Part shown: piece after piece, positions 1 to 8,675 of the stretch
Layout of the letters: the number at the start of each line of letters is the position of its first letter
Position numbering within the stretch: the stretch's first letter is position 1
NCBI GenBank assembly: GCA_963779755.1
Contig: CAVZZO010000001.1
Span: 2,301,666 to 2,365,665 of the forward strand
Length of the DNA: 64,000 nt
Reading direction: 5' to 3'
Origin: an uncultured Gemmatimonadales bacterium
GTDB taxonomy: Bacteria > Gemmatimonadota > Gemmatimonadetes > Gemmatimonadales > GWC2-71-9
Notes under the pieces: model-generated
What the model was told of the DNA's origin: nothing
The model's input: the letters and a program-made list of their open reading frames with translations, nothing else
The model's database searches: none
Program-made: the position numbers and the translations under genes

Positions 1-280
1 CGGCCTGGGAGCGGACGTGCTTCTGATCCTGACCGACGTAGACGCGGTCTACCGGGGGTACGGAACGCCGGCGGAGGCGCCCATCCGGCGGCTCACGCTG
101 GCGGAGGCCGACGCCCTGTTGCAGGGCTCGGAGCTGGCCGGCGGCAGCATGCGGCCCAAGGTCCAGGCCGCCGCCGATTTCGTACGGGGCGGAGGCGCGC
201 GGGCGGTGATCGCGCACCTGGCCGATGGCCTGGCCGCCCTTCGCCATGAGGCGGGAACTCTGATCACGAGGGAAACGTGA
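1..280 (+). CDS. arcC: Carbamate kinase, C-terminal part (5' end outside window)
   Basis: [11 protein letters not shown] and [11 protein letters not shown] motifs, ending GTLI, typical of the carbamate kinase C-terminus; stop overlaps sucC start (GTGA 277-280). Confidence 0.85.
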   Translation, partial: GLGADVLLILTDVDAVYRGYGTPAEAPIRRLTLAEADALLQGSELAGGSMRPKVQAAADFVRGGGARAVIAHLADGLAALRHEAGTLITRET

Positions 281-1416
281 ATCTCTACGAGTACCAGGGG
301 CGGGAGCTGTTCACCGCCGGCGGCATTGCGATGCCGGACGGCGATGTGGCGGCGACCCCCGACGAAGCGGAAGCCATCGCCCGCCGGCTGGGCGGGACGG
401 TGGTCATCAAGGCGCAGGTACATGCCGGCGGGCGGGGCAAGGCGGGCGGCGTCAAGCTGGCGAAGACGCCGGCCGAGGCGCGGGAGCACGCCGGCCGCAT
501 CCTGGGCATGACCATCAAGGGACTGGTGGTGCGGCGGGTGCTGGTGGTGCCCGCGGCGGATATCGCCAGCGAGGCCTATGCCGGCATCGTAATGGACCGC
601 GAGAGCCAGCGCCCGGTGTTCATGGTGAGCGCCGCGGGCGGTGTGGACATCGAGGAAGTGGCGGCAAAGACTCCGGAGAAGATCACCCGGCTGCCGGTGG
701 ATCCGCGCTACGGGCTCCTGCCGCATCAGGCGATGGGGCTGGCCTTTACGCTGTACCAGGACATCAGGCAGGTCCGGGCCGCGGCCCGCATCCTGGAGCA
801 GCTGTACGGGGTCTTCACCGCGAACGGCGCGTCGCTCACCGAGATCAACCCGCTCGTCACCACGCCGGACGGCGCGGTGCTGGCGCTCGACGCCAAGGTG
901 GTGATCGACGACAACGAGCTGGACCGCCGGCCCGATCTGGCCGCCTTGCGCGACGAAGAGGCCGAGGAGCCGAGCGAGGTGGAGGCACGGGGGGCCGGCC
1001 TCACGTTCATCAAGCTCACCGGCAACGTGGGCTGCGTGGTGAACGGGGCGGGGCTGGCCATGGCCACCATGGACCTGGTGAAGTACTACGGCGGCGAGCC
1101 CGCCAACTTCCTGGATATCGGCGGCAGCTCCAATCCGGAGAAGGTGGTGAGCGCGCTGCGGATCATCACCGCCGACACCGACGTGAAGGCCATTCTCTTC
1201 AATATCTTCGGCGGGATTACGCGAACCGACGACGTGGCCAACGGGATCGCGGCCGCGCTCAAGCAGATCGAGGTCAAGGTGCCCATCGTGGTGCGGCTCA
1301 CCGGGACCAACGAAGCCGAGGCGGTGAAAATCCTCCAGGGCATCGGCATGACGGCCCTCAACGATATGGACGACGCGGTCAAGCAGGTGGTCCGGGTCGC
1401 GCAGGAGGCCGCATGA
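277..1416 (+). CDS. sucC: Succinyl-CoA synthetase beta subunit
   Basis: MNLYEYQG start, [42 protein letters not shown] motifs. Confidence 0.98.
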   Translation: MNLYEYQGRELFTAGGIAMPDGDVAATPDEAEAIARRLGGTVVIKAQVHAGGRGKAGGVKLAKTPAEAREHAGRILGMTIKGLVVRRVLVVPAADIASEAYAGIVMDRESQRPVFMVSAAGGVDIEEVAAKTPEKITRLPVDPRYGLLPHQAMGLAFTLYQDIRQVRAAARILEQLYGVFTANGASLTEINPLVTTPDGAVLALDAKVVIDDNELDRRPDLAALRDEEAEEPSEVEARGAGLTFIKLTGNVGCVVNGAGLAMATMDLVKYYGGEPANFLDIGGSSNPEKVVSALRIITADTDVKAILFNIFGGITRTDDVANGIAAALKQIEVKVPIVVRLTGTNEAEAVKILQGIGMTALNDMDDAVKQVVRVAQEAA

Positions 1417-2291
1417 GCATCTTCATCGACGCGAACACCCGGCTGGTGGTGCAGGGCATCACGGGGCGGGACGGTTCCTTCCACACCCGGCAGATGATCG
1501 ACTACGGGACCAGGGTCGTCGCCGGCGTGACCCCCGGGAAGGGCGGCCAGAAGGTGCTGGACGGCGTGCCGGTCTTCGATACCGTGGCTCAGGCGGTGAA
1601 GGAAACCGGGGCGAACACTTCGGTCATCTACGTACCCGCCGCCTTCGCCGCCGCGGCCATCTATGAGGCCGCCGACGCCGGGATCGGATTCATCGTCTGC
1701 ATCACCGAGGGCGTGCCGGTCATGGACATGACCCGGGTGATGCCCTACCTGCGGGAGCGGAACGTCCGCCTGCTGGGGCCCAACTGCCCCGGACTCATCA
1801 CGCCGGGCGTCTGCAAGGTCGGCATTATTCCCGGCAATATCTGCGCGCGGGGACGCGTGGGGCTGGTCTCGCGCAGCGGAACGTTGACCTACGAAGTCGT
1901 GAACCAGCTCACCCGGGCCGGCATCGGGCAGAGCACCTGCGTCGGCATCGGCGGCGATCCCATCATCGGGACCAATTTCATCGATTGTCTGTCCGGCTTC
2001 GAAGGGGATCCCGGTACCGACGCCGTGGTCATGATCGGGGAAATCGGCGGGACGGACGAGCAGAAGGCGGCGGAGTTCGTCAAGTCTTCAATGAAGAAGC
2101 CGGTGGTCGGCTTCATCGCCGGCCAGACCGCGCCCAAGGGGCGGCGAATGGGCCATGCCGGCGCCATCATCAGCGGATCGTCCGGCACCGCGGAAGAGAA
2201 GATCGCGGCCTTCGAAGCGGCCGGGATCGGGGTCATGAAGCGGCCGGCGGATGTGGTGGAATTGATCAGGGCGGTGAGCGGTAAGCGGTAA
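1413..2291 (+). CDS. sucD: Succinyl-CoA synthetase alpha subunit
   Basis: [37 protein letters not shown] phospho-His motif; ATGA overlap with sucC. Confidence 0.98.
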   Translation: MSIFIDANTRLVVQGITGRDGSFHTRQMIDYGTRVVAGVTPGKGGQKVLDGVPVFDTVAQAVKETGANTSVIYVPAAFAAAAIYEAADAGIGFIVCITEGVPVMDMTRVMPYLRERNVRLLGPNCPGLITPGVCKVGIIPGNICARGRVGLVSRSGTLTYEVVNQLTRAGIGQSTCVGIGGDPIIGTNFIDCLSGFEGDPGTDAVVMIGEIGGTDEQKAAEFVKSSMKKPVVGFIAGQTAPKGRRMGHAGAIISGSSGTAEEKIAAFEAAGIGVMKRPADVVELIRAVSGKR

Positions 2292-2358
2292 GCGGTGAGC
2301 GGGCGCGCACCTCCACCTTCGGTGCGTGCCCGCTCACCGCTCACCGCTCACCGCTCAC
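2271..2358. repeat. Heptamer-repeat hairpin, family A: (GCGGTRA)n ... (TCACCGC)n
   Basis: Four GCGGTRA units, GCGGGCGCGCACC/GGTGCGTGCCCGC core, then three to four TCACCGC units; contains the sucD stop codon. Confidence 0.9.
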
Positions 2359-2383
2359 AGTCACCCAGCCAAAGGAGAGCGCC

Positions 2384-2806
2384 GTGCCCCTCACCCTTGC
2401 CATTATCAAACCCGACGCCGTCGGCTCGGGAAAATCCGGACTCATTCTCGCCCACCTCCAGAAGGCGGGGTTCACCATGCGCGCCGCCCGGCTCACCCGG
2501 TTGACGCGCAGCCAGGCGGAGCGGTTCTACGAAGTGCACCGCGGCCGGCCCTTCTACGAGGAGCTGGTGACTTTCATGATGAGCGGCCCCTGCATGCCGC
2601 TGGCGCTGGAACGCGCGGATGCCGTGGCCGAACTGCGGCGGGTGATCGGCGCCACCGATCCGGCCGAAGCAGCGGAGGGCACGGTACGGAAGCTCTACGC
2701 CGAGTCCAAGGGCCGCAATGCCATTCATGCTTCCGACAGCGACGAGAACGCCGCCCGGGAAGTGATGTTCTTCTTCAGCGAGGGGGAGCTGGCGGGACTC
2801 TGGTAG
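2384..2806 (+). CDS. ndk: Nucleoside diphosphate kinase
   Basis: TLAIIKPDAV, GATDP, NAIHASDS catalytic His motif; AAGGAG SD before GTG. Confidence 0.97.
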   Translation: MPLTLAIIKPDAVGSGKSGLILAHLQKAGFTMRAARLTRLTRSQAERFYEVHRGRPFYEELVTFMMSGPCMPLALERADAVAELRRVIGATDPAEAAEGTVRKLYAESKGRNAIHASDSDENAAREVMFFFSEGELAGLW

Positions 2807-2817
2807 AGGCGAGGAAG

Positions 2818-2925
2818 CAGGGATCAGGAACCAGGAGTCAGGGATCAGGGAACCAGGAGATGGGTACGAAGGCAGCGCCTTCCGCCCGTCTCCTCATTGT
2901 CTTCCCCTGATTCCTGATTCCCGAT
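2818..2925. repeat. Heptamer-repeat hairpin, family B: (CAGGRAY)n ... (CCTGATT)n
   Basis: CAGGGAT/CAGGAAC/CAGGAGT units followed by complementary CCTGATT units after the ndk stop. Confidence 0.85.
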
Positions 2926-2954
2926 CCCGGGCCCGGGGCCGGGCCCCTCATACC

Positions 2955-2995
2955 TTGACATTCGACAACGCAACCTTTTTGTATTGTCGAACGTC
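2955..2995 (+). promoter_or_regulatory. Putative PadR operator overlapping a TTGACA -35 box
   Basis: Inverted repeat TGACATTCGACAA-N15-TTGTCGAACGTCA (12/13 match), 30 bp upstream of padR. Confidence 0.65.
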
Positions 2996-3024
2996 AGAGT
3001 ATTGAACCCGTTCCCGGGACCGCC

Positions 3025-3354
3025 ATGCCGCCGCGCGCCGAACTTCTGCAGGGCACCCTCGATCTGCTCATCCTCAAGGCCCTGATTCTGGGGCCGCTGC
3101 ACGGCTGGGCCATCTCCAAACGCCTGGGCCAGCTCTCCGGCGACGTGTTGAGCGTGGGGCAGGGGAGCCTCTACCCCGCGCTCTACCGGCTGGAGGACCG
3201 CGGCTGGATCTCGGCCGCGTGGGGCACCAGCGCCGAAGGGCGGCGCGCCAAGATCTACACGCTGACCGCAGCGGGAAAGAGGCAGCTCGCCGCCGCCCGC
3301 TCCGAGTGGAAGCTCTTCGCCCGGGCGGTCGAGCAGGTCCTGGCCGCCACCTGA
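3025..3354 (+). CDS. PadR family transcriptional regulator (Acidobacterial type)
   Basis: LLQGTLDLLILKAL..GPLHGW, GSLYPALYRLE, RRAKIYTLT..GKRQL motifs. Confidence 0.95.
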   Translation: MPPRAELLQGTLDLLILKALILGPLHGWAISKRLGQLSGDVLSVGQGSLYPALYRLEDRGWISAAWGTSAEGRRAKIYTLTAAGKRQLAAARSEWKLFARAVEQVLAAT

Positions 3355-3369
3355 ACCGGCGGAACGAAC

Positions 3370-6012
3370 GTGCCCTCCCTGCTTCGCCGCATCCATCGCC
3401 GCATCCGTGCGCTGGTTCATGCCGAATCGGTGGACCGGGAGCTGTCGGAGGAAATCCGGCTGCATCTCGATCTGGAGACCGATGACCTGATCCGGACTCG
3501 GCAACTGGAGCCGGCGGAGGCGCGCCGCCGGGCACTGGTCGCCTTCGGCGGGGTCGAGCGCTTTCGCGAAGCCCATCGGGACGCCCGCGGGGCGCGCTGG
3601 CTCCGGGAGCTGGCCCAGGACGCCCGCTTCGCAGCACGGAGCCTGAGGCGCTCTCCGGGCTTCACGCTCGCCTCCGTTCTGGTCCTGGCGCTCGGAATCG
3701 GAGCGGGAACCGCCATGTTCAGCCTGGCGGACGCCGTACTGTTCCAGCCGCTGCCGTTCCCCCGGGTCGGCCGCCTGGTGCAGATCGTCGAGCAGAACTC
3801 CCCCGGCAACCGCTGGGGACCCTCGGTGGCCGATGTACGCGGCATCGAGCAGTGGCAGCGCTCGCTGTCGGCCGTCGGCGTGCTGCGCACCCGCGAGCTG
3901 CCGGTCGTGGCCGGCGGAACGGCCGAACAGGCGCCGATCGGGTATACGACGTCCGGGTTCTTTCGCGCGCTGGGGATCACGCCGCTGGCCGGCCGGCTCT
4001 TCACCTCCGCCGACGATGCGCCCGGCGCGCCGCCGGTTCTCCTGGTCAGCCATTCGTTCGCCGAGCGCGAACTGGGGGGCGACCGGGCAGCCCTCGGACG
4101 CGTGGTAACCATCGACGGCAACGCCCATGTCGTGGTGGGGATCGTCCCCGCCGGCCTGCCGCCCGGCACCGAACTGTGGCCCGTGCTGCAGCTGCGTGAG
4201 CCGGCCCGCCGCGGGCCGTTCGGTCTATTTGTCGTGGGGCGGCTGGCGGATGGCACGACACTGGATGGCGCGCGCCGCGACCTGGCGGCCGTCAGCACCC
4301 GGATCTTCCCGCAATGGGAAGCCTCGTTCCAGGACCGCACCGCCCGGCTGACACCGGTGTCCTTGCGAGCCGTCCTGCTGGATGATGCCCCGCAGTCCGT
4401 AACACTGCTGGCTGGTGCGGTCCTGCTGGTGCTGCTGGTCGCGATCGCCAACGTGGCCAGTCTCATGCTGGTACGCGCCACCGGCCGCGGCCGGGAGATT
4501 TCGCTCCGCGCCGCCCTAGGCGCCACCCGCGGACGTCTCCTCCGGCTGCTGCTGACCGAGAGCCTGGTGCTCGCCGCGGCCGGCGCGCTGCTGGGCGTTG
4601 TCCTGGGAGCGCTGGGGTTGCGAGCCTATCTCGCGATCGGCCCGGGCCTGCCGCGGATGACCGGCGCGCATCTCGACGGGAGAGCGGTCCTGGTGGCGGC
4701 CGGGCTCGCGGCCGTGGCGGCGGCAGTTGTCGGCGTGTATCCGGCGCTGGTGCTGGCCCGGCGCGAGGCCGGCCGGGATCTCCATACGGGCAATCGCGCC
4801 ATGGCCGCCGGCCGCGGCCTGCGGGCGGTTCGGGGCGCCTTCGTGGTGGCGGAATTCGCGCTGGCGTTGCCGCTCCTTACCGCCGCCGGACTTCTCCTGA
4901 ACAGCTTCCTGCGCCTGCAGCAGGCCGATCCCGGTTTCGACCCCGCGCGCGTGCTCTCCGTCCCGGTGTCCCTGCCGTCGGGGGGCTACGCTTCCGACCG
5001 CGCCGTGGGTGCCTTCTGGGATCGTGCCCTCTTCCGGGTCCGGGACACGCCCGGCGTGGCCGGCGCCGCATTTGCCGATGCGGTGCCTCCCGATTCGCGC
5101 CCCTTTCTGGATGAGAACAACTTCGACCTGGTGGATCGCCCCGTGCCGCCGGGCACGGCCCAGCCGACGGCCCCCTGGGTGCTGTCCTCGCCCGGTTTCC
5201 TGTCCGTGCTGGGGGTCCCGCTGCTGGAAGGGCGCGAGTTCGTGCCGGGCGATACGGTGGACGATGGGACAACCCAAACGCCGCTGCTGGTGAGCCGGGC
5301 CTGGGCCTCCCATTACTTCCCGGCCGGCGATGCCATCGGTCGCCGCCTCATCAGCGGCGGCTGCACCTCCTGCCCGCCCGGAGTGGTGATCGGGATCGTG
5401 GGGAACGTGAAGTACAAGGGCCTGGAGGGGACCGGCGAGGCGGTGTATCAGGCGGTCGCGCTCGGGACGGCCCGCCGCGCCGTGCTGTTCGTCCGCACGA
5501 GCGGGCCGGCGGCAGGGATGCTTCCCCGGATCGTCGAAGCCCTGCGGGCCCTGGATCCCGCCATTCCCTTCCGCGAGGCCGCGACCCTGGAGGCCAGGGT
5601 GGAGGCGGCCACCATCCAGCCCCGGCATTTCACCTCGCTGCTCGGCACCTTTGCCCTGGCCGCCGTGGTGCTGGCCTCGGTCGGTGTGTTCGGCCTGCTC
5701 GCCTATACGGTGAATGCGAGCCGGCGGGAAATCGGCGTCCGCCTCGCGCTGGGAGCGCGGCCCGGGGCCGAGGTGATCCGGATCCTGCGGCACGGCATGG
5801 GCCATGCGCTCGCCGGCGCCGCGATCGGCCTGGCGATCGCCCTCGCGGCCACCCGGGGTCTCTCCGACCATCTGTACACCGTCGGCACGACCGATCCGGC
5901 GACGCTGGTGGAATCGACCGTGCTCCTCCTTGCGGTAGCTTGTCTCGCGTGCTGGCTTCCCGCCCGCCGCGCAGCGTCGGTCGATCCAGCCCGCGCGCTG
6001 CGGGACGAGTAG
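3370..6012 (+). CDS. ADOP-type duplicated ABC permease (MacB/FtsX) 1
   Basis: Permease-prefix head (DRELSEEIRLHL..EARRRAL.AFGG), LALGIGA, ANVASL..R..REISLRAALGA, REIGVRLALGA, PARRAASVDP..ALRDE. Confidence 0.93.
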   Translation: MPSLLRRIHRRIRALVHAESVDRELSEEIRLHLDLETDDLIRTRQLEPAEARRRALVAFGGVERFREAHRDARGARWLRELAQDARFAARSLRRSPGFTLASVLVLALGIGAGTAMFSLADAVLFQPLPFPRVGRLVQIVEQNSPGNRWGPSVADVRGIEQWQRSLSAVGVLRTRELPVVAGGTAEQAPIGYTTSGFFRALGITPLAGRLFTSADDAPGAPPVLLVSHSFAERELGGDRAALGRVVTIDGNAHVVVGIVPAGLPPGTELWPVLQLREPARRGPFGLFVVGRLADGTTLDGARRDLAAVSTRIFPQWEASFQDRTARLTPVSLRAVLLDDAPQSVTLLAGAVLLVLLVAIANVASLMLVRATGRGREISLRAALGATRGRLLRLLLTESLVLAAAGALLGVVLGALGLRAYLAIGPGLPRMTGAHLDGRAVLVAAGLAAVAAAVVGVYPALVLARREAGRDLHTGNRAMAAGRGLRAVRGAFVVAEFALALPLLTAAGLLLNSFLRLQQADPGFDPARVLSVPVSLPSGGYASDRAVGAFWDRALFRVRDTPGVAGAAFADAVPPDSRPFLDENNFDLVDRPVPPGTAQPTAPWVLSSPGFLSVLGVPLLEGREFVPGDTVDDGTTQTPLLVSRAWASHYFPAGDAIGRRLISGGCTSCPPGVVIGIVGNVKYKGLEGTGEAVYQAVALGTARRAVLFVRTSGPAAGMLPRIVEALRALDPAIPFREAATLEARVEAATIQPRHFTSLLGTFALAAVVLASVGVFGLLAYTVNASRREIGVRLALGARPGAEVIRILRHGMGHALAGAAIGLAIALAATRGLSDHLYTVGTTDPATLVESTVLLLAVACLACWLPARRAASVDPARALRDE

Positions 6013-6020
6013 GAGTGCCG

Positions 6021-8663
6021 ATGAGATCCTTCGCCGCCCGACTCCACCGACGCCTGCGGGCGCTTTTTCGGGGTGCGGCCGTGGACCGGGAGCTGACTGA
6101 TGAAATCCGGCTCCACATCGAGTACGAGACCGAAGAGCTGATGCGAACCGAGGGACTGGATGACGCCGAGGCACGCCGCCGTGCGCTGGTGGCCTTCGGC
6201 GGTGTGGAGCGCTGTCGCGAGGAGCATCGCGATGCCCGTGGGCTGGGGGGGCTGGCCGTGACTTTGCGGGACCTCCGCCAGGCGCTGCGTTCGCTCATCC
6301 GCGCGCCGGCCTTTTCCCTCTCATCCATGCTCGTGCTCGGCCTCGGCATCGGGATGGCCACGGCCATCTTCACGATCTGCAATGCCGTCCTGCTGCGGCC
6401 GCTGCCGGTGTCCCAACCCGACCGTCTGGTGCTGCCTCGCACCCTCGACCCGGGCGGGGTCGACGTCGGGATGACGCAGTCCGAGCTGAAGGAACTCGTC
6501 GCCGCTAGCCGCACGCTCACTGCAGCCGCCGGGGTCGCCCACCAGGGGGCGTTCACCAATTCGCTGCTCGACGGCGATCGGGTGCTGTCGCTTCGCGGCG
6601 CCTGGGTCACGGGGAACTTCTTCCAGGTGCTCGGGGCCCGCCCGGCGCTCGGCCGATTCTTCACGGCGGCGGAGGAGGCTCAGGGTTTTGCCACCGCGCA
6701 GGCGCTGGTACTGAGCTACGACACCTGGCGCCGGGATTTTCACGGCGATTCCGGAGTGATCGGCCGCAGGGTCAGCAATCCGTACACCCGCGCAGCGGTA
6801 ACGATCGTCGGCGTGGCGCCGCCCGGCCTGGCTTACCCTGCCGGCGTGGAGTACTGGACTCCGCAGGTCTATCCGATTCTCGACGCCGTCGCACGGCTCG
6901 CACCCGGTGTGACCCCGGCTGCGGCCCAGTCCGAGTTCTTCGACGTCATGCGCCGGATCGACGCCCGCCGCGTAGTCGCTATGACTCAGGGTGCCGCCAT
7001 CCAGCGCGCCGACATCGAGAGCTTCTCGCGCGCGGTTCTGGGGGACATTCGCCCGGAGCTGCTCGTGCTGGGCGTGGCGGCCGCGCTGCTGCTGCTCATG
7101 GCCTGCCTCGACGCGGCCAATCTCGGCCTGCTCCGTGCCACCGCGCGCTCCGGTGAGCTGTCACTGCGCCGTTCGCTCGGCGCCGGCACCGGCGACATCG
7201 TGCGGCCGCTCGTCTGGGAATCGACGGTGATCGCGCTTGGCGGTGGAGCGGTGGGCTTCATCGCGGCGGAGGGATTCATCGGCGCATTCCGCCGGCTGGC
7301 GCCCCCGGAGCTGCCCCGGCTCGATCTCGTGGGGCTGGCCGGACCACCGGTGGGTCTTGCCGCAGCGCTCGCCGCCGTCGCGCTGCTGCTCATCGCCGTA
7401 CTGCCGATAGTAGTAGCGGCCCGGGGCGGCGGCCGCGTCGGGCTCCACCTGGAAACCCGAGGCGGCAGGAGTACTCGGAGCCGGCGGCGGCTTCGGCAGA
7501 CGCTCGTAGGCGCGCAGGTGGCGCTCGCGCTCGTGCTCCTGAGTGCCGCCGGACTGCTGGTGAAGAGCCTCGACCACCTGCTCCGGATCGACCTTGGGTA
7601 TCGGGCGACCCATCTCGCCATCGTCACCATCACACGGCCCATCGTCCGCGACAGCGCTCAGGAGCAGATGACTGCGCTCTACGATGCTGCGGCTCCGCGG
7701 ATTCGCGCGGTTCCCGGTGTCACCGCTCTCACGCCGATCGCGGCGGACCCGTTCTACGGACCTCAGGTGTTCACCGGCCGCTGGGCCGCCGCCGAACAGA
7801 GCGACCAGTCGGCGCAAGCCAATCCGCTGATTCCGTGGGAGGTCGGCGGGGCCGACTACTTCCGCACCTTCGGGATTCGGCTGCGCCGCGGTCGGGGGTT
7901 CGACGGCAGCGAGCGGGCGGACGGGCCTCGGACAGCGGTGGTGGCACACTCCGTGGCCGAGCGATTCTGGCCGGGGGAGACTCCGGTCGGCAAGCATCTG
8001 CACCTGGTGGGCGACACCAGCGCGACCCGTTCCATCACCATAGTCGGCGAGGCCGATGATATCCGGTATCGCAGCCTCCGCGAGGCGACGCCCACGATCT
8101 ATCTCCCCTGGCGCCAGTGGTTCTTCCAGGGCGTCGTTGCCATCCGCACCCGCGGTCCGCTCACCGCCGTGCTGCCGGCGCTCCGCCAGGCGGTCCAGGC
8201 AGCCCACCCCGAGGCGAGGATCGCGAGGGCAGAAAGCATGGACCAGCTGCTGGGACGGCAGCTGGCGGTGTCCCGGCTGTCGACGGTGCTCGTCGCTGCG
8301 TTCGGACTGGGTGCACTGCTCCTCAGCGCGGTCGGTCTCTACGGCGTGATGGCAGCCGCGGTGCGCGAGGAAACCCGAGAGCTCGGGATCCGTTCGGCGC
8401 TGGGTGCCAAACCGGCGCAGCTCCGCGCATCGGTCCTGCGGCGGGCCGCGGCCATCGGGCTCGCCGGGGGCGCCGTCGGCGTGACCGCCGCACTCGCCGC
8501 TGCCCGGTTCCTCCAATCGCTTCTGTACGAAGTCGCTCCTGCGGACCCGGCCACACTGGCCGCGGTCTGCGGAGTGCTGTTCGCAGTTCTCCTGGCGGCG
8601 GCATTTCTGCCGGCGCGTCGGGCCACCCGGGCCGATCCGATGCAGGCGCTCAGAGTCGAATAA
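6021..8663 (+). CDS. ADOP-type duplicated ABC permease 2
   Basis: AGGAG SD then ATG at 6021; same head, two FtsX repeats, PARRATRADPMQALRVE end. Confidence 0.93.
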   Translation: MRSFAARLHRRLRALFRGAAVDRELTDEIRLHIEYETEELMRTEGLDDAEARRRALVAFGGVERCREEHRDARGLGGLAVTLRDLRQALRSLIRAPAFSLSSMLVLGLGIGMATAIFTICNAVLLRPLPVSQPDRLVLPRTLDPGGVDVGMTQSELKELVAASRTLTAAAGVAHQGAFTNSLLDGDRVLSLRGAWVTGNFFQVLGARPALGRFFTAAEEAQGFATAQALVLSYDTWRRDFHGDSGVIGRRVSNPYTRAAVTIVGVAPPGLAYPAGVEYWTPQVYPILDAVARLAPGVTPAAAQSEFFDVMRRIDARRVVAMTQGAAIQRADIESFSRAVLGDIRPELLVLGVAAALLLLMACLDAANLGLLRATARSGELSLRRSLGAGTGDIVRPLVWESTVIALGGGAVGFIAAEGFIGAFRRLAPPELPRLDLVGLAGPPVGLAAALAAVALLLIAVLPIVVAARGGGRVGLHLETRGGRSTRSRRRLRQTLVGAQVALALVLLSAAGLLVKSLDHLLRIDLGYRATHLAIVTITRPIVRDSAQEQMTALYDAAAPRIRAVPGVTALTPIAADPFYGPQVFTGRWAAAEQSDQSAQANPLIPWEVGGADYFRTFGIRLRRGRGFDGSERADGPRTAVVAHSVAERFWPGETPVGKHLHLVGDTSATRSITIVGEADDIRYRSLREATPTIYLPWRQWFFQGVVAIRTRGPLTAVLPALRQAVQAAHPEARIARAESMDQLLGRQLAVSRLSTVLVAAFGLGALLLSAVGLYGVMAAAVREETRELGIRSALGAKPAQLRASVLRRAAAIGLAGGAVGVTAALAAARFLQSLLYEVAPADPATLAAVCGVLFAVLLAAAFLPARRATRADPMQALRVE

Positions 8664-8675
8664 GGGGCCATTCCC

